A stretch of DNA of 64,000 nt from an uncultured Gemmatimonadota bacterium. Lineage in GTDB: Bacteria > JAAXHH01. The position numbers were made by a program, and so were the translations under genes. Under the pieces are notes generated by a model. It was not told the DNA's origin, made no database searches, and saw nothing but the letters and a program-made list of their open reading frames with translations. This document shows, one piece after another, positions 38,965 through 48,281 of this stretch (position 1 is its first letter; each line of letters starts with the position of its first letter). The stretch is from positions 32,001 through 96,000 of the forward strand of contig OX638340.1 in the NCBI GenBank assembly GCA_951812955.1. Reading direction: 5' to 3'.

Positions 38965-40140
38965 TCATCCACTAGGCGTTCGTCCACCGACCTCCGTCGA
39001 GATTTGTAGAATATACATCAGTGACGGATCGGATTTGAGGAGAATGGCCCGCAGCTGTTCGTCGGTTAGCTTTGTCTCCAATTCGTGGACCCGGTTGAAA
39101 AACTCGATCAGCTTCACCAGTGCTTTGGTGTCTTGGATCACGAATTCAGACAGCGGATCGTTGTACAACTCCCGACAGACGTACAGTACCCTCGCTCGAC
39201 GGGTTGGCTTGCCCTCATGTAGCAGATCCTTCTGATTAGCTAGGCTCAGAATCCATGCAGTAACTAGATCGTCGGGGGCTAATCGTCGGAGCAAATGGTT
39301 CCACAGCTCCCTGAGGGAGGTCAGAATGTGCCGTGCCCGGTCGGCACTGTTTCCATTCAGGGCATCTCGAGCGCCGATGTATGGCCCAGCGAGACTTGGA
39401 TCGACCTGTTGCAGCAGAATGATGCAGTCGGATGTTTCTAACTCTGCCTCGGCGACAAACTGGAATTCCGTTTCGGCCTCTTCTTCGTCCCGTTCACCCC
39501 AGGGGCGAAGAGTTTTGAGCGCGAAGCTGGTAGTGTAGATTTCACGAGTGGCGCCTGGCAAAACGAAAGCAGGTAAGCGCGTAATGTCCGAGACCTCCCG
39601 CAGTGAACCGGCCAAACTTCCATATGAGGCAGCCACCTGGGCAATCGAACTCTCCAGCCCTGAAATGGCGGGCATCTTGATTTGGAATTGACTCCCTATG
39701 GCCTTGAAATCGATGTTCGCCATGAGTCGTTCCGTGGCGATCAATTGCAAAGAAGTATCGCCCAGGGCCAACTTAGCGGATGCTTGAAGCTGGAAAAGTT
39801 GGGAAACTCCCTGTTGAAGAAGATTCGACTGGTCAAGCCAGGATTCATGAGTGGTATGCAGACTCTCGGCAATCCAGTTAGAAGCGGTAGTCTGTTTGAT
39901 CACATCATGCCAGTGTTGATTGGCGTTGGCGATCTCTTTAATCCCGGCCACTGCTTCAGGTATTTCGAGGGCACGACTGATTTCCATTTGATGGAGACGG
40001 AATGGTTCTATCGTGCGTTCTAACTGTTCTATAACGCCTAGGTAGGATGGCTTGGCCAAACGGTTGGAAGCCTCCATGTCCTGACGGAGTTTGCCGATGG
40101 CGGATTTTGCGGACATCAGATCTTCGGAGAGAATATCCAT
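38965..40140 (-). CDS. Hypothetical protein, third gene downstream of SIR2-HerA
   Basis: 391 aa soluble protein with no recognised motifs. 83 nt downstream of herA on the same strand. Confidence 0.45.
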   Translation of the reverse strand: MDILSEDLMSAKSAIGKLRQDMEASNRLAKPSYLGVIEQLERTIEPFRLHQMEISRALEIPEAVAGIKEIANANQHWHDVIKQTTASNWIAESLHTTHESWLDQSNLLQQGVSQLFQLQASAKLALGDTSLQLIATERLMANIDFKAIGSQFQIKMPAISGLESSIAQVAASYGSLAGSLREVSDITRLPAFVLPGATREIYTTSFALKTLRPWGERDEEEAETEFQFVAEAELETSDCIILLQQVDPSLAGPYIGARDALNGNSADRARHILTSLRELWNHLLRRLAPDDLVTAWILSLANQKDLLHEGKPTRRARVLYVCRELYNDPLSEFVIQDTKALVKLIEFFNRVHELETKLTDEQLRAILLKSDPSLMYILQISTEVGGRTPSG

Positions 40141-40223
40141 ATTTTGATGTTAGTCCCGGAGTTGTCAAATTGCAAGGCTGTGTGGATGTTTGGGTATGCT
40201 GGTACCTTCAACCTCAATTGAAA

Positions 40224-41915
40224 TCATCGGCGCTGATATCTCCAACGCTTAACAACATCTTGAATTTCCGAGTCAGGAGTTGCATCGTTTTGCCACCCCT
40301 TATCGAAGTCAATGTCATTTGATTTCGGTAGCTGATCAGGATTTAAATCACGTATTAGGATGCGCGACGGCAACATTGCAGCTTGGCCAACGAAAATTGC
40401 CTCTTGCCTCCGTAAACCAGAAAGCATCTTTGTCAGACCAGACATCGAATCTGGTAGAATGGATCGAACATGCTCCCTGTCGGCGTCATTGGTGATTCGC
40501 ATAACAATCCAGCTATTGCATTGTGAAAGAACCGTTGCCTCAACTTCGCTTGGGCGCTGGGATACCAACAGGAGCCCTACACCATACTTTCGACCTTCCT
40601 TAGCAACACGCCTGATTGCTTCTTGAGCAGCCTCATATTGCGCTTCGCCCCGATTTGGAACGTAGCGATGAGCTTCTTCACATACCAGTAAAACTGGGTC
40701 AGATTCGCGCTCTGATTGGGTTTGCCAAATCTTCAGATTGAATAAAGTTCGAGCAATTACCGCACTTGATACACCGGCTACTTCATTGGGGACACCGGAC
40801 AGATCTACTATTCTTGGTTGAGACCCATCCCCGATAAGTTGCTTGATAACAGTAAGAAAAGGATCGTTATTTTCCCATTCTGACATCATGAATCGGAGTC
40901 GAGCATCGGTCATTAAGACTTCGAGTTTTTGGAGTATCGAGTTATGAGAATCTTGTTTGCTGAGCGCAGTTGGCTTATCCGCTTCAATCTTTTCTATAAG
41001 CCTCGATAACTTGTATGGTACGGGGGAATCAACAGTTATGAGATTGACATCAAGACCTAGCTGATGCGCACCTTCTTCGCGGGCGTAGATTAAGGCTCTC
41101 TTTACGATGTTAGCTTGTGAGGTCGCAACAAATTCAGTTCTTCCGATCAACAAGGCAACCGTCTCTTGAAAGTTCAAGAGCCAGTATGGAAGTGTTAGTG
41201 TTCCGTCATCAGAGGAAAGTTTAGTATGATCAGTAAATGCGCTGCCGTATTCACCATGGGGGTCGAGTATAATAACCCTGGGCTTCCATTTCGTATATGA
41301 TCTAGTGTCACCTCTATCAAGAATACTGTGAATGATAGCTGCGACCGTACCTGACTTGCCAGCGCCAGTGGAGCCGAGAACGGCTGTGTGTTTACCAAGT
41401 AGTTCATTCAAATCTGCAAAACATGGGGTCCCGCCTGAACCTACATGCTGCCCGAGCTGAACAACGGCACTTTTCGCTTTCCCGTAAATAAAACGCAATT
41501 CAGCTTTTGGAGTCAGATAGACAGTTTGCTGTGGGAGTGGATAGGTTGATACCCCACGTTCAAAAAAAAGCTTCCATTCACTAGATGTCCCATGAATCCA
41601 TTCGCCTTCGCCGAACAGGTCTGCTTCGACGATTCTTTCATCCGAAGATGATGCTGACACCAATCCTCGTTCTGCTTGAAATTCTGATTTCATCCTTAGT
41701 CGGCCGACCAACGCGTAGACGGTTTGACGCCCGAAATGGACTTTGACAATGGAACCAAATTGTCCGATGGGATAGGTTTCTCCCGCATACACACGCGAGA
41801 GTTCAGAAAGAGTCGGATTTAACTCGGCAACAAGGTGAGATCCATCAACTTCAATTATCTTGCCGATTGCCAGATTCTCAATTGGCTCATTGGGATTGCG
41901 AGTCGAAACACTCAT
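40224..41915 (-). CDS. HerA/FtsK-like ATPase (DUF87) of a SIR2-HerA defence pair
   Basis: Walker A LGSTGAGKSGT. Walker B LLVCEEAHRY, followed by LLLVSQRPSEV. 563 aa. 4-nt start/stop overlap with the sir2 gene. Confidence 0.8.
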   Translation of the reverse strand: MSVSTRNPNEPIENLAIGKIIEVDGSHLVAELNPTLSELSRVYAGETYPIGQFGSIVKVHFGRQTVYALVGRLRMKSEFQAERGLVSASSSDERIVEADLFGEGEWIHGTSSEWKLFFERGVSTYPLPQQTVYLTPKAELRFIYGKAKSAVVQLGQHVGSGGTPCFADLNELLGKHTAVLGSTGAGKSGTVAAIIHSILDRGDTRSYTKWKPRVIILDPHGEYGSAFTDHTKLSSDDGTLTLPYWLLNFQETVALLIGRTEFVATSQANIVKRALIYAREEGAHQLGLDVNLITVDSPVPYKLSRLIEKIEADKPTALSKQDSHNSILQKLEVLMTDARLRFMMSEWENNDPFLTVIKQLIGDGSQPRIVDLSGVPNEVAGVSSAVIARTLFNLKIWQTQSERESDPVLLVCEEAHRYVPNRGEAQYEAAQEAIRRVAKEGRKYGVGLLLVSQRPSEVEATVLSQCNSWIVMRITNDADREHVRSILPDSMSGLTKMLSGLRRQEAIFVGQAAMLPSRILIRDLNPDQLPKSNDIDFDKGWQNDATPDSEIQDVVKRWRYQRR

Positions 41916-43072
41916 CTTTCACCTCCAAGCAGGCGGGTCAAGTTTTCAAATTTCCACCAAAGTAGGTCGGTGTCGGATGGTGCTTTTTTGCTGCCGTGAA
42001 AGAAGCCAAGATTAGCAAAAATAAGTACTTGCTCGGTTATGGAGTCATCATCATGCCATCTCTTAAGTAGGCCTTTTGGTTCATCATCAGAGGTAAACAC
42101 CACGACGGTAAGACGACCGTCAGATTCACGTAACGCCCGGTCGATTTCGAGATTGATGTGTGAATCACCAAAGCGGTACCCGCACGTAATCAGTATTTTT
42201 TGCGAACCTGAAACAGCCGTTAGTGCTTTCCGCCCATATTCTGCCAATTGAGCATAGGGGTCTCTTTGAGTTTCACGGTATTTGGTGGATGCTGGCCAAA
42301 TGAGAATCTTGTTTTTACCCCCGGATTGTACTTTGACATTACCGGAAACTCGGCGAGGGAGTGGATCACCATCGAACTCGCACCAGTTTATTGAACCGTG
42401 CAGTTTGAAGATCCTCGACGAGAGTCCATCACGCTCAAAATCCGCAGGATTCCACCATCCGGTGACTCCGCCTTCCAGACCATCTGAAAAGGAAACTCGC
42501 TCAAGCGCGAGTGCATCTTCAAGAAGCGTGTCGTAGTTGAGGCAGAGATAGTCCACACGATCAAAGTTGCCCGTTTTACCAGGCCGAATTGGGCGATGAA
42601 CCGCCTTTACGAATTTGCGATGAACCACTACATCGATTTGCTCGTCATTGTGCTCGATTATATTGGAAATGATACGCTTTATATCTTCTGCAGATTCCCT
42701 TAGTTGCTGGCCAGAATATCGATTGTCTTTGATAGTGATCTGGTCATCGGTTGCGCCTCGCTCCGCCCTTCTTTCAGCGATGGCCAGAAGGTCGATTATT
42801 TCACTAAGGTAGTCCTCAATATCTGGATCACTCGCACCGGTGAAACCTTCCTTAATTCCCTTGAGGATCTCTGTGGTATAGTCACTCAAAGCACCTATTT
42901 CCAGTACTTTAGTAGTTAGTTCTTCCATCAATGGTAAACCCGCGCATTTGCTACAACCTGCACCAATTAGGAACACTTTCCCATGCTGGACCATAAGTTC
43001 GTCTAGCGTATCATAAGCTTCAACTAATTGAGGGGTATCCCATATTGCGTCAAGATTGTCAGGTGCGCTCAT
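41912..43072 (-). CDS. SIR2-family (DHS-like NAD-binding) protein, putative NADase effector
   Basis: VFLIGAGCSKCAGLP (a sirtuin GAGxS-like motif) and KLHGSINW. 386 aa. Confidence 0.75.
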   Translation of the reverse strand: MSAPDNLDAIWDTPQLVEAYDTLDELMVQHGKVFLIGAGCSKCAGLPLMEELTTKVLEIGALSDYTTEILKGIKEGFTGASDPDIEDYLSEIIDLLAIAERRAERGATDDQITIKDNRYSGQQLRESAEDIKRIISNIIEHNDEQIDVVVHRKFVKAVHRPIRPGKTGNFDRVDYLCLNYDTLLEDALALERVSFSDGLEGGVTGWWNPADFERDGLSSRIFKLHGSINWCEFDGDPLPRRVSGNVKVQSGGKNKILIWPASTKYRETQRDPYAQLAEYGRKALTAVSGSQKILITCGYRFGDSHINLEIDRALRESDGRLTVVVFTSDDEPKGLLKRWHDDDSITEQVLIFANLGFFHGSKKAPSDTDLLWWKFENLTRLLGGER

Positions 43073-43405
43073 ATTAACCCTTTCTCATTTTATCATACTC
43101 CAATTTCCTGACTTCATTGCTATTCATGTGTCGCTATGCCATTAACTTCAACAACACGTCGTCTAGACCAAACCGATCATTCAAGGATTTAGCTATCCGA
43201 ACGAGTTTCGGACTTGGTCCGGAGTAAATAGAGAATCAGTCGCCCAAAGTGAGAGAATGTGTGACGGACAGGGAAAATCGACGATGTGGAACGGTTGTTC
43301 GAGAGGACATTAACAGACGCAATCTCTTAGAAACAAGTGCAAAAAACCCGTCATCCCCGAGAATGAGCCAGACCCTAGAGAGACGGGTTGTCTTTTTAGA
43401 ATTGA

Positions 43406-43766
43406 TGGAGGTGGGGGGAATCGAACCCCCGTCCGAAAGTGCCTAAGCGGAAACTTCTACATGCGTAGCCTGTTGTTTAATCTCGTTCCGGAGAACTCCA
43501 GCAGGCAGGATTTAACCGGAACCAGCCTCAGTTGAGTCTCGCCTGGCGCCCTGAGGCGCGACGCCCGGCCAGCCTGCTTTATCGACGCTTTTGACCATCC
43601 CGCAGGCGGGGCTGATCAAAAACGGGCCGGCCTAAGTTACCTTAGGCAGCCATTGCATACGAAGGTTCGTCTGCAGATAAATTGTTCCCAATGGTTTTAC
43701 GAGGTTATCGGGGACCTCGGCACGCGATTCCCGCCGCATCCACTCCCGTCGAATCCTTTCACCCCC
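43406..43766 (-). ncRNA. ssrA: tmRNA (SsrA); the predicted tag reading frame encodes ADEPSYAMAA followed by TAA
   Basis: On the minus strand the 5' end reads GGGGGTGAAAGGATTCGACGGG and the 3' tRNA-like end reads TTTCGGACGGGGGTTCGATTCCCCCCACCTCCA. The internal frame is GCA GAC GAA CCT TCG TAT GCA ATG GCT GCC TAA. Confidence 0.85.
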
Positions 43767-43880
43767 ATGTCAAAGAACATAGGCCATTTGGGCGCTTCTG
43801 TCAAATTCGCCCGGCCGCGATGGTTCGGTTGCATCATGATACGGCAGCACCATGGTACGGCTGCATCGCGGTTTGGCCAG

Positions 43881-43953
<73 letters not shown>

Positions 43954-43959
43954 ATTCCA

Positions 43960-44032
43960 TGAGCGCGGAAGGAATCGAACCTTCGACCCACAGATTAAAA
44001 GTCTGTTGCTCTGCCAACTGAGCTACGCGCCC
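43960..44032 (-). tRNA. tRNA-Lys (anticodon TTT)
   Basis: Minus strand: GGGCGCGTAGCTCAGTTGGCAGAGCAACAGACTTTTAATCTGT...GGTTCGATTCCTTCCGCGCTCA. Confidence 0.85.
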
Positions 44033-44131
44033 TCGCAGGCGTAGCATAATAAGCGATTACACCTACTTCGTCAACCGATTTCCGGTTAGGACAGGATGGC
44101 CAATGAGCACGAACGCGGGGCCCGCGAAACC

Positions 44132-45409
44132 TTACATGAAAATGGTCGCGTCTCGATGCGAACCCACGGAAACGAGGTCCACTTTGGCCTTCACCAGTTC
44201 CGATATGCGCTCGATGTATGCCTGGGCTTCCTTCGGCAATCCGTCCCAGGTCCGTATGTGGCCGGTGGGCCGATCCCAGCCCTCCATCTCCTCGTATACG
44301 GGCTCGCATCGGCGCAGGACGTTCGCGTCGTTGGGCAGATGAGGGACCACCTCGCCGTTCAGCCTGTATCCGACGCACAGCCTCAGCGTCTGGAGCGTGT
44401 CCAAGGTGTCGAGGCGGGCGAGGGCCAGCCGGTCGATGCCGTTCACCATGACCGCGTAGCGAACCACCATGGCGTCGAACCAGCCGCACCGGCGCGGGCG
44501 GCCCGTCGTAGCGCCGAATTCACCCGCCATGCGCCGGAATTCGTCTCCCCACCTGGAAGGAAACTCAGTGGGGAAGGGGCCGTTGCCTACCCGGGTGGTG
44601 TAGGCCTTGGCCACGCCGATGACTTCGTCGATGCGGGTGGGACCGACGCCGGCGCCCATGCAGGCGGCACCCGTGGTCGTGTTGGAGGACGTGACGTAGG
44701 GATAGGTCCCGTGGTCCACGTCCAGCAGGGTGCCCTGGCTGCCCTCGAACAAGATCTCCTTGTCGGCATCAATAGCGTCGTTGAGATATTCCGACGTATT
44801 CGTCACGAATGGACCGATCCGGTCAGCAAATGCCATGTACTCCTCGATGATCCGGTCGGCGTCGAGCGTCTCGGCCTGGTATATGGCGTCGAGAATCCTG
44901 TTCGCCTCGTCGATATTGCGCTGAAGCTTCTCGCGAAGCACGGACCGATCGTGCAGGTCGCCGATGCGAATACCCTTGCGGGCAGCCTTGTCCGCATAAG
45001 CGGGACCGATACCCCTTCCCGTGGTACCGATCCGCTCTTCCTCCTGCAACTGTTCTTCCCCGACCCGGTCGATCAGCTTGTGGTACGGCATGATAACGTG
45101 GGCGTTGTGGCTGATGAAAAGGCGTCCCTCCACGTCGATGCCGTGAGACCCGAGCATCTCGATCTCTTCCATCAGCGCTTCCGGATCGATCACCGTGCCG
45201 TTGCCGATGACGCAGGCCTTGTCCTGCCGGAGGATGCCGACTGGTATGAGGTGGAGGATGTACTCCTGGTCTCCGATCTGAACGGTGTGCCCGGCATTGG
45301 CCCCGCCCTGGAACCGCACGACGATATCGGCCCGCTCACTCAGGAAATCGACGATCTTTCCCTTGCCTTCATCTCCCCACGCTGCGCCTACGAGTATGCG
45401 AACGGCCAT
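44132..45409 (-). CDS. purA: Adenylosuccinate synthetase
   Basis: N-terminal GAAWGDEGKGKIVD P-loop, GGANAGHTV, and 425 aa length. Confidence 0.9.
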   Translation of the reverse strand: MAVRILVGAAWGDEGKGKIVDFLSERADIVVRFQGGANAGHTVQIGDQEYILHLIPVGILRQDKACVIGNGTVIDPEALMEEIEMLGSHGIDVEGRLFISHNAHVIMPYHKLIDRVGEEQLQEEERIGTTGRGIGPAYADKAARKGIRIGDLHDRSVLREKLQRNIDEANRILDAIYQAETLDADRIIEEYMAFADRIGPFVTNTSEYLNDAIDADKEILFEGSQGTLLDVDHGTYPYVTSSNTTTGAACMGAGVGPTRIDEVIGVAKAYTTRVGNGPFPTEFPSRWGDEFRRMAGEFGATTGRPRRCGWFDAMVVRYAVMVNGIDRLALARLDTLDTLQTLRLCVGYRLNGEVVPHLPNDANVLRRCEPVYEEMEGWDRPTGHIRTWDGLPKEAQAYIERISELVKAKVDLVSVGSHRDATIFM

Positions 45410-45482
45410 CTTTCTTCCATCTCCCTGTTGATTCCCGGACTGTCTGAATCCCGCTTCGAAGTCGACCGGTATCCGGGTCCAT

Positions 45483-45517
45483 AAACAATAAAAGGGCGAG
45501 TCATAAGACCCGCCCTC
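45483..45517 (-). terminator. Intrinsic-terminator-like hairpin on the minus strand (GGGCGGGTC-TTAT-GACTCGCCC followed by TTTTATTGTTT), 75 nt upstream of purA
   Basis: 9-bp GC-rich stem plus T-tract, read from the reverse complement. Confidence 0.4.
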
Positions 45518-45631
45518 AAGACCGTTAGATCTTACAGTTCATTGTATGCGGTATGGGCGTGGGAGGTCAAGAAAAAAACGGCTGAAAAACGGGCAGGTTC
45601 ACGGTACCGGCGCGCCGCCGAATAGATCGGT

Positions 45632-45660
45632 TGACATTCGCGCCGTGGGTGATACTAATG
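45632..45660 (+). promoter_or_regulatory. Candidate sigma70-like promoter (TTGACA, 16-nt spacer, TACTAAT) facing the sugar-isomerase gene
   Basis: ttgacattcgcgccgtgggtgatactaat. Confidence 0.3.
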
Positions 45661-45847
45661 CATGTTATACATTAATCGGGCGGTAACATAGTTTGTAGCG
45701 GATTGGATTGCGGCCGGACGCGGGCTGGGAGCGTGCAGCAACGCAGCTGGACACGGACCATAAGCGGATTGTGTCACGGCCGGATCCAATCTGGGAGCAT
45801 GGCCGTACTTGCCCCATCCCAATAAGAACAGAAAAGAGAGCCTTCCC

Positions 45848-46654
45848 ATGTACGCATGCATCAACGGCGCGACGACCATGCCCTATACCCTGGAGCAGGA
45901 CCTGGCCGCCGCGGCGACGGCGGGTTTCGAAGCCGTCGAAATCTGGTCCAGGAAACTCGACGCGTACCTGGAGGAACACGATTCCGTCGAGTTGAAAGCA
46001 CTCCTGGACTCCCACGGGTTGTGCGCGGCCTCGCTCTGTCCCTACGGGCTGGTCGGTTTCGCCGACAACAGGAAAGAACTGGAATCAATCGAACGTGCGG
46101 CGACGGTCGCCGCGGCGATCGATTGTCCGGTCCTCCTCGTCTGCGCCGACGCGCCTCCGAAGGGCATGGACAGGGATGAAGCCTTCGATACCATGGCAGC
46201 CGCGGCCCGGACATACGCCGAACGGGCCGCCGCCCACGGGGTGAAGATCGCCATCGAACCCCTCGGACGCCATCCCTTCATCCCCGGTCCCCGCGAGGCC
46301 CTGGAGGTGATCGATCGAGCCGGACACGGCAGCCTGGGGCTGATGATGGATTTCTTCCACTACTACAAGTCGGGCGTTACATTCGAGGACATACGGGCGA
46401 TCCCCGCCGAACTGCTGCTGATCGTCCACGTGGACGACTGCGAGGATCTGCCGGCTGAATCGTTGACCGACCAGCATCGTGTCTACATGGGCGAGGGCGT
46501 GCTGCCCCTGCGGAATATGCTGGGTGCGCTCCGTGAAAAGGGCTACTCGGGCGCCCTGTCGGTCGAGATCTTCCGGGAGGAATACTGGAAGAATTCCCCT
46601 GTGGAAATTTCCACCTCAGCTAAGGCTGCCTACGACCGGATGATGGAGGCTTGA
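45848..46654 (+). CDS. Sugar phosphate isomerase/epimerase (xylose-isomerase-like TIM barrel) family protein
   Basis: MYACINGATT start and overall AP-endonuclease-2 / TIM-barrel pattern (FEAVEIW, HVDDCED). Confidence 0.65.
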   Translation: MYACINGATTMPYTLEQDLAAAATAGFEAVEIWSRKLDAYLEEHDSVELKALLDSHGLCAASLCPYGLVGFADNRKELESIERAATVAAAIDCPVLLVCADAPPKGMDRDEAFDTMAAAARTYAERAAAHGVKIAIEPLGRHPFIPGPREALEVIDRAGHGSLGLMMDFFHYYKSGVTFEDIRAIPAELLLIVHVDDCEDLPAESLTDQHRVYMGEGVLPLRNMLGALREKGYSGALSVEIFREEYWKNSPVEISTSAKAAYDRMMEA

Positions 46655-46760
46655 GTCCGGCACTTCGTTTAACCTTAGTATCCGCAATCCAGGTTGGCCA
46701 TTCCACTACCGGCCCGGCAACGGGCCATAGGACCGCCAGCCGCCCGAAAGCCTGAAGGGC

Positions 46761-48278
46761 CTACTCCGCCAGTGACTTCCGGTACCGCAGGTTCAGGGAC
46801 TTCGGATGGGCGGCGCGGGCCTCGTCGAGCCGGCTCACCGGTGTGGTGTGGGGGGCGTTCCGGACCAGGTCCGGATCCTTCTCCGCCTCTTCGGCAATAG
46901 CGAGCATGGCGTCGATGAACCGGTCGATGGATTCCTTGCTTTCGGTTTCCGTGGGTTCGACCATGGCCGCCTCGGGAACGATGAGCGGGAAGTAGATCGT
47001 CGGCGCGTAGAAACCGTAGTCGAGCAGGCGCTTTGCGATGTCGAGCATCCTGACGCCGTGTTCACGGAACCGGGTGCCGGAAGCCACGAACTCGTGCTGG
47101 CAGGGCACTTCGGCGGGGATGGGCGTCTCCTTCTGGGTTCCGTGTAACAGGACGGTCCGGGGGTAATGGCGCTCCAGGCGACGCATGATGTAGTTGGCGT
47201 TCAGGATGGCGTTCTCGCTCACCTGGCGCAGGCCGTCGGGACCGTTGGCCCGGATGTAGGCGTAGGCCCGAACCATCATGCCGAAGCTCCCGCCGAAACT
47301 GCGCACGCGGCCGATGGATTCCGGCCTGTCGTAGTCGAGCCTGTACGCGTCGCCGTCCTTCACCGGCAGAGGCGTCGGCAGGAAGTCGACCAGGTCGCTC
47401 CGCACGCCGACGGGACCGGCACCAGGTCCTCCGCCCCCGTGGGGCGTGGAAAAGGTCTTGTGCAGGTTGAAGTGAACGACGTCGAAACCCATGTCGCCGG
47501 GCCGGGTGATGCCCAGAACGGCGTTCAGGTTCGCCCCGTCCATGTAGAGCAGGGCCCCCGCGTCGTGGACGATGTCCGCGATGGTGCGGATTTCGGATTC
47601 GAACAGGCCCAGTGTATTAGGATTCGTGAGCATGAAGGCGGCCGTTTCTTCGTCGATCAGTTCCGCCAGCCGTCCGGTGTCCACGAGTCCGTGGGCATTC
47701 GTCGGTATCTGTACCGTATCGTATCCCACCAGCGTGACACTGGCCGGGTTGGTGCCGTGGGCCGAATCGGGGATGATGACCTTGCGCCGGGCGTGTCCGC
47801 GGCGCTCGTGGTAGGCCCGCATGATCATCAGGCCGGTCAGTTCGCCGTGGGCGCCGGCCGCGGGCTGCAACGTGACCCCGTCCATCCCCGCGATTTCCGC
47901 GAGATCACTCGACAGTTCGTAAAGTAGCCGCAGGCTGCCCTGGCAGGTCTCGTCCTGCTGCAGAGGATGCAGCCGCGCGAACCCCGGCAGGGCCGCCATG
48001 TCCTCGTTGACCTTCGGATTGTGCTTAATGGTGCACGAACCGAGGGGATACATGGCCCGGTCGGGATGGTAGTTCAGGGTGGACAGCCGGGTATAGTGGC
48101 GGACGACGTCGACCTCGCTGACCTCGGGCAGATCAGGGGCCGCGGTCCGGATATCCGATTCGGGCAGGTAGGTAGAAATCGGCTTGACCGGCACGTCCGG
48201 CGCGGGCAGCCTGACGCCCCGTCTACCGGGGGAGCTCAGTTCGAAAATCAGCGGTTCCGACAATGGGTGTCCTCTCAA
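46761..48278 (-). CDS. gcvPB: Glycine dehydrogenase (decarboxylating) subunit 2
   Basis: PLIFELS N-terminus and the PLP-lysine region [16 protein letters not shown]. Confidence 0.9.
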   Translation of the reverse strand: MRGHPLSEPLIFELSSPGRRGVRLPAPDVPVKPISTYLPESDIRTAAPDLPEVSEVDVVRHYTRLSTLNYHPDRAMYPLGSCTIKHNPKVNEDMAALPGFARLHPLQQDETCQGSLRLLYELSSDLAEIAGMDGVTLQPAAGAHGELTGLMIMRAYHERRGHARRKVIIPDSAHGTNPASVTLVGYDTVQIPTNAHGLVDTGRLAELIDEETAAFMLTNPNTLGLFESEIRTIADIVHDAGALLYMDGANLNAVLGITRPGDMGFDVVHFNLHKTFSTPHGGGGPGAGPVGVRSDLVDFLPTPLPVKDGDAYRLDYDRPESIGRVRSFGGSFGMMVRAYAYIRANGPDGLRQVSENAILNANYIMRRLERHYPRTVLLHGTQKETPIPAEVPCQHEFVASGTRFREHGVRMLDIAKRLLDYGFYAPTIYFPLIVPEAAMVEPTETESKESIDRFIDAMLAIAEEAEKDPDLVRNAPHTTPVSRLDEARAAHPKSLNLRYRKSLAE

Positions 48279-48281
48279 TGC

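Larger units (their letters stand above)
33050..43400. mobile_element. Lower-GC accessory (defence) island inserted next to the 3' end of tmRNA; no integrase or flanking direct repeats detected
   Basis: Abrupt drop in GC content relative to the roughly 65% GC flanks. Gene content is E1/Ubl operon, toxin-antitoxin pair and SIR2-HerA. The right edge abuts ssrA. Confidence 0.5.
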
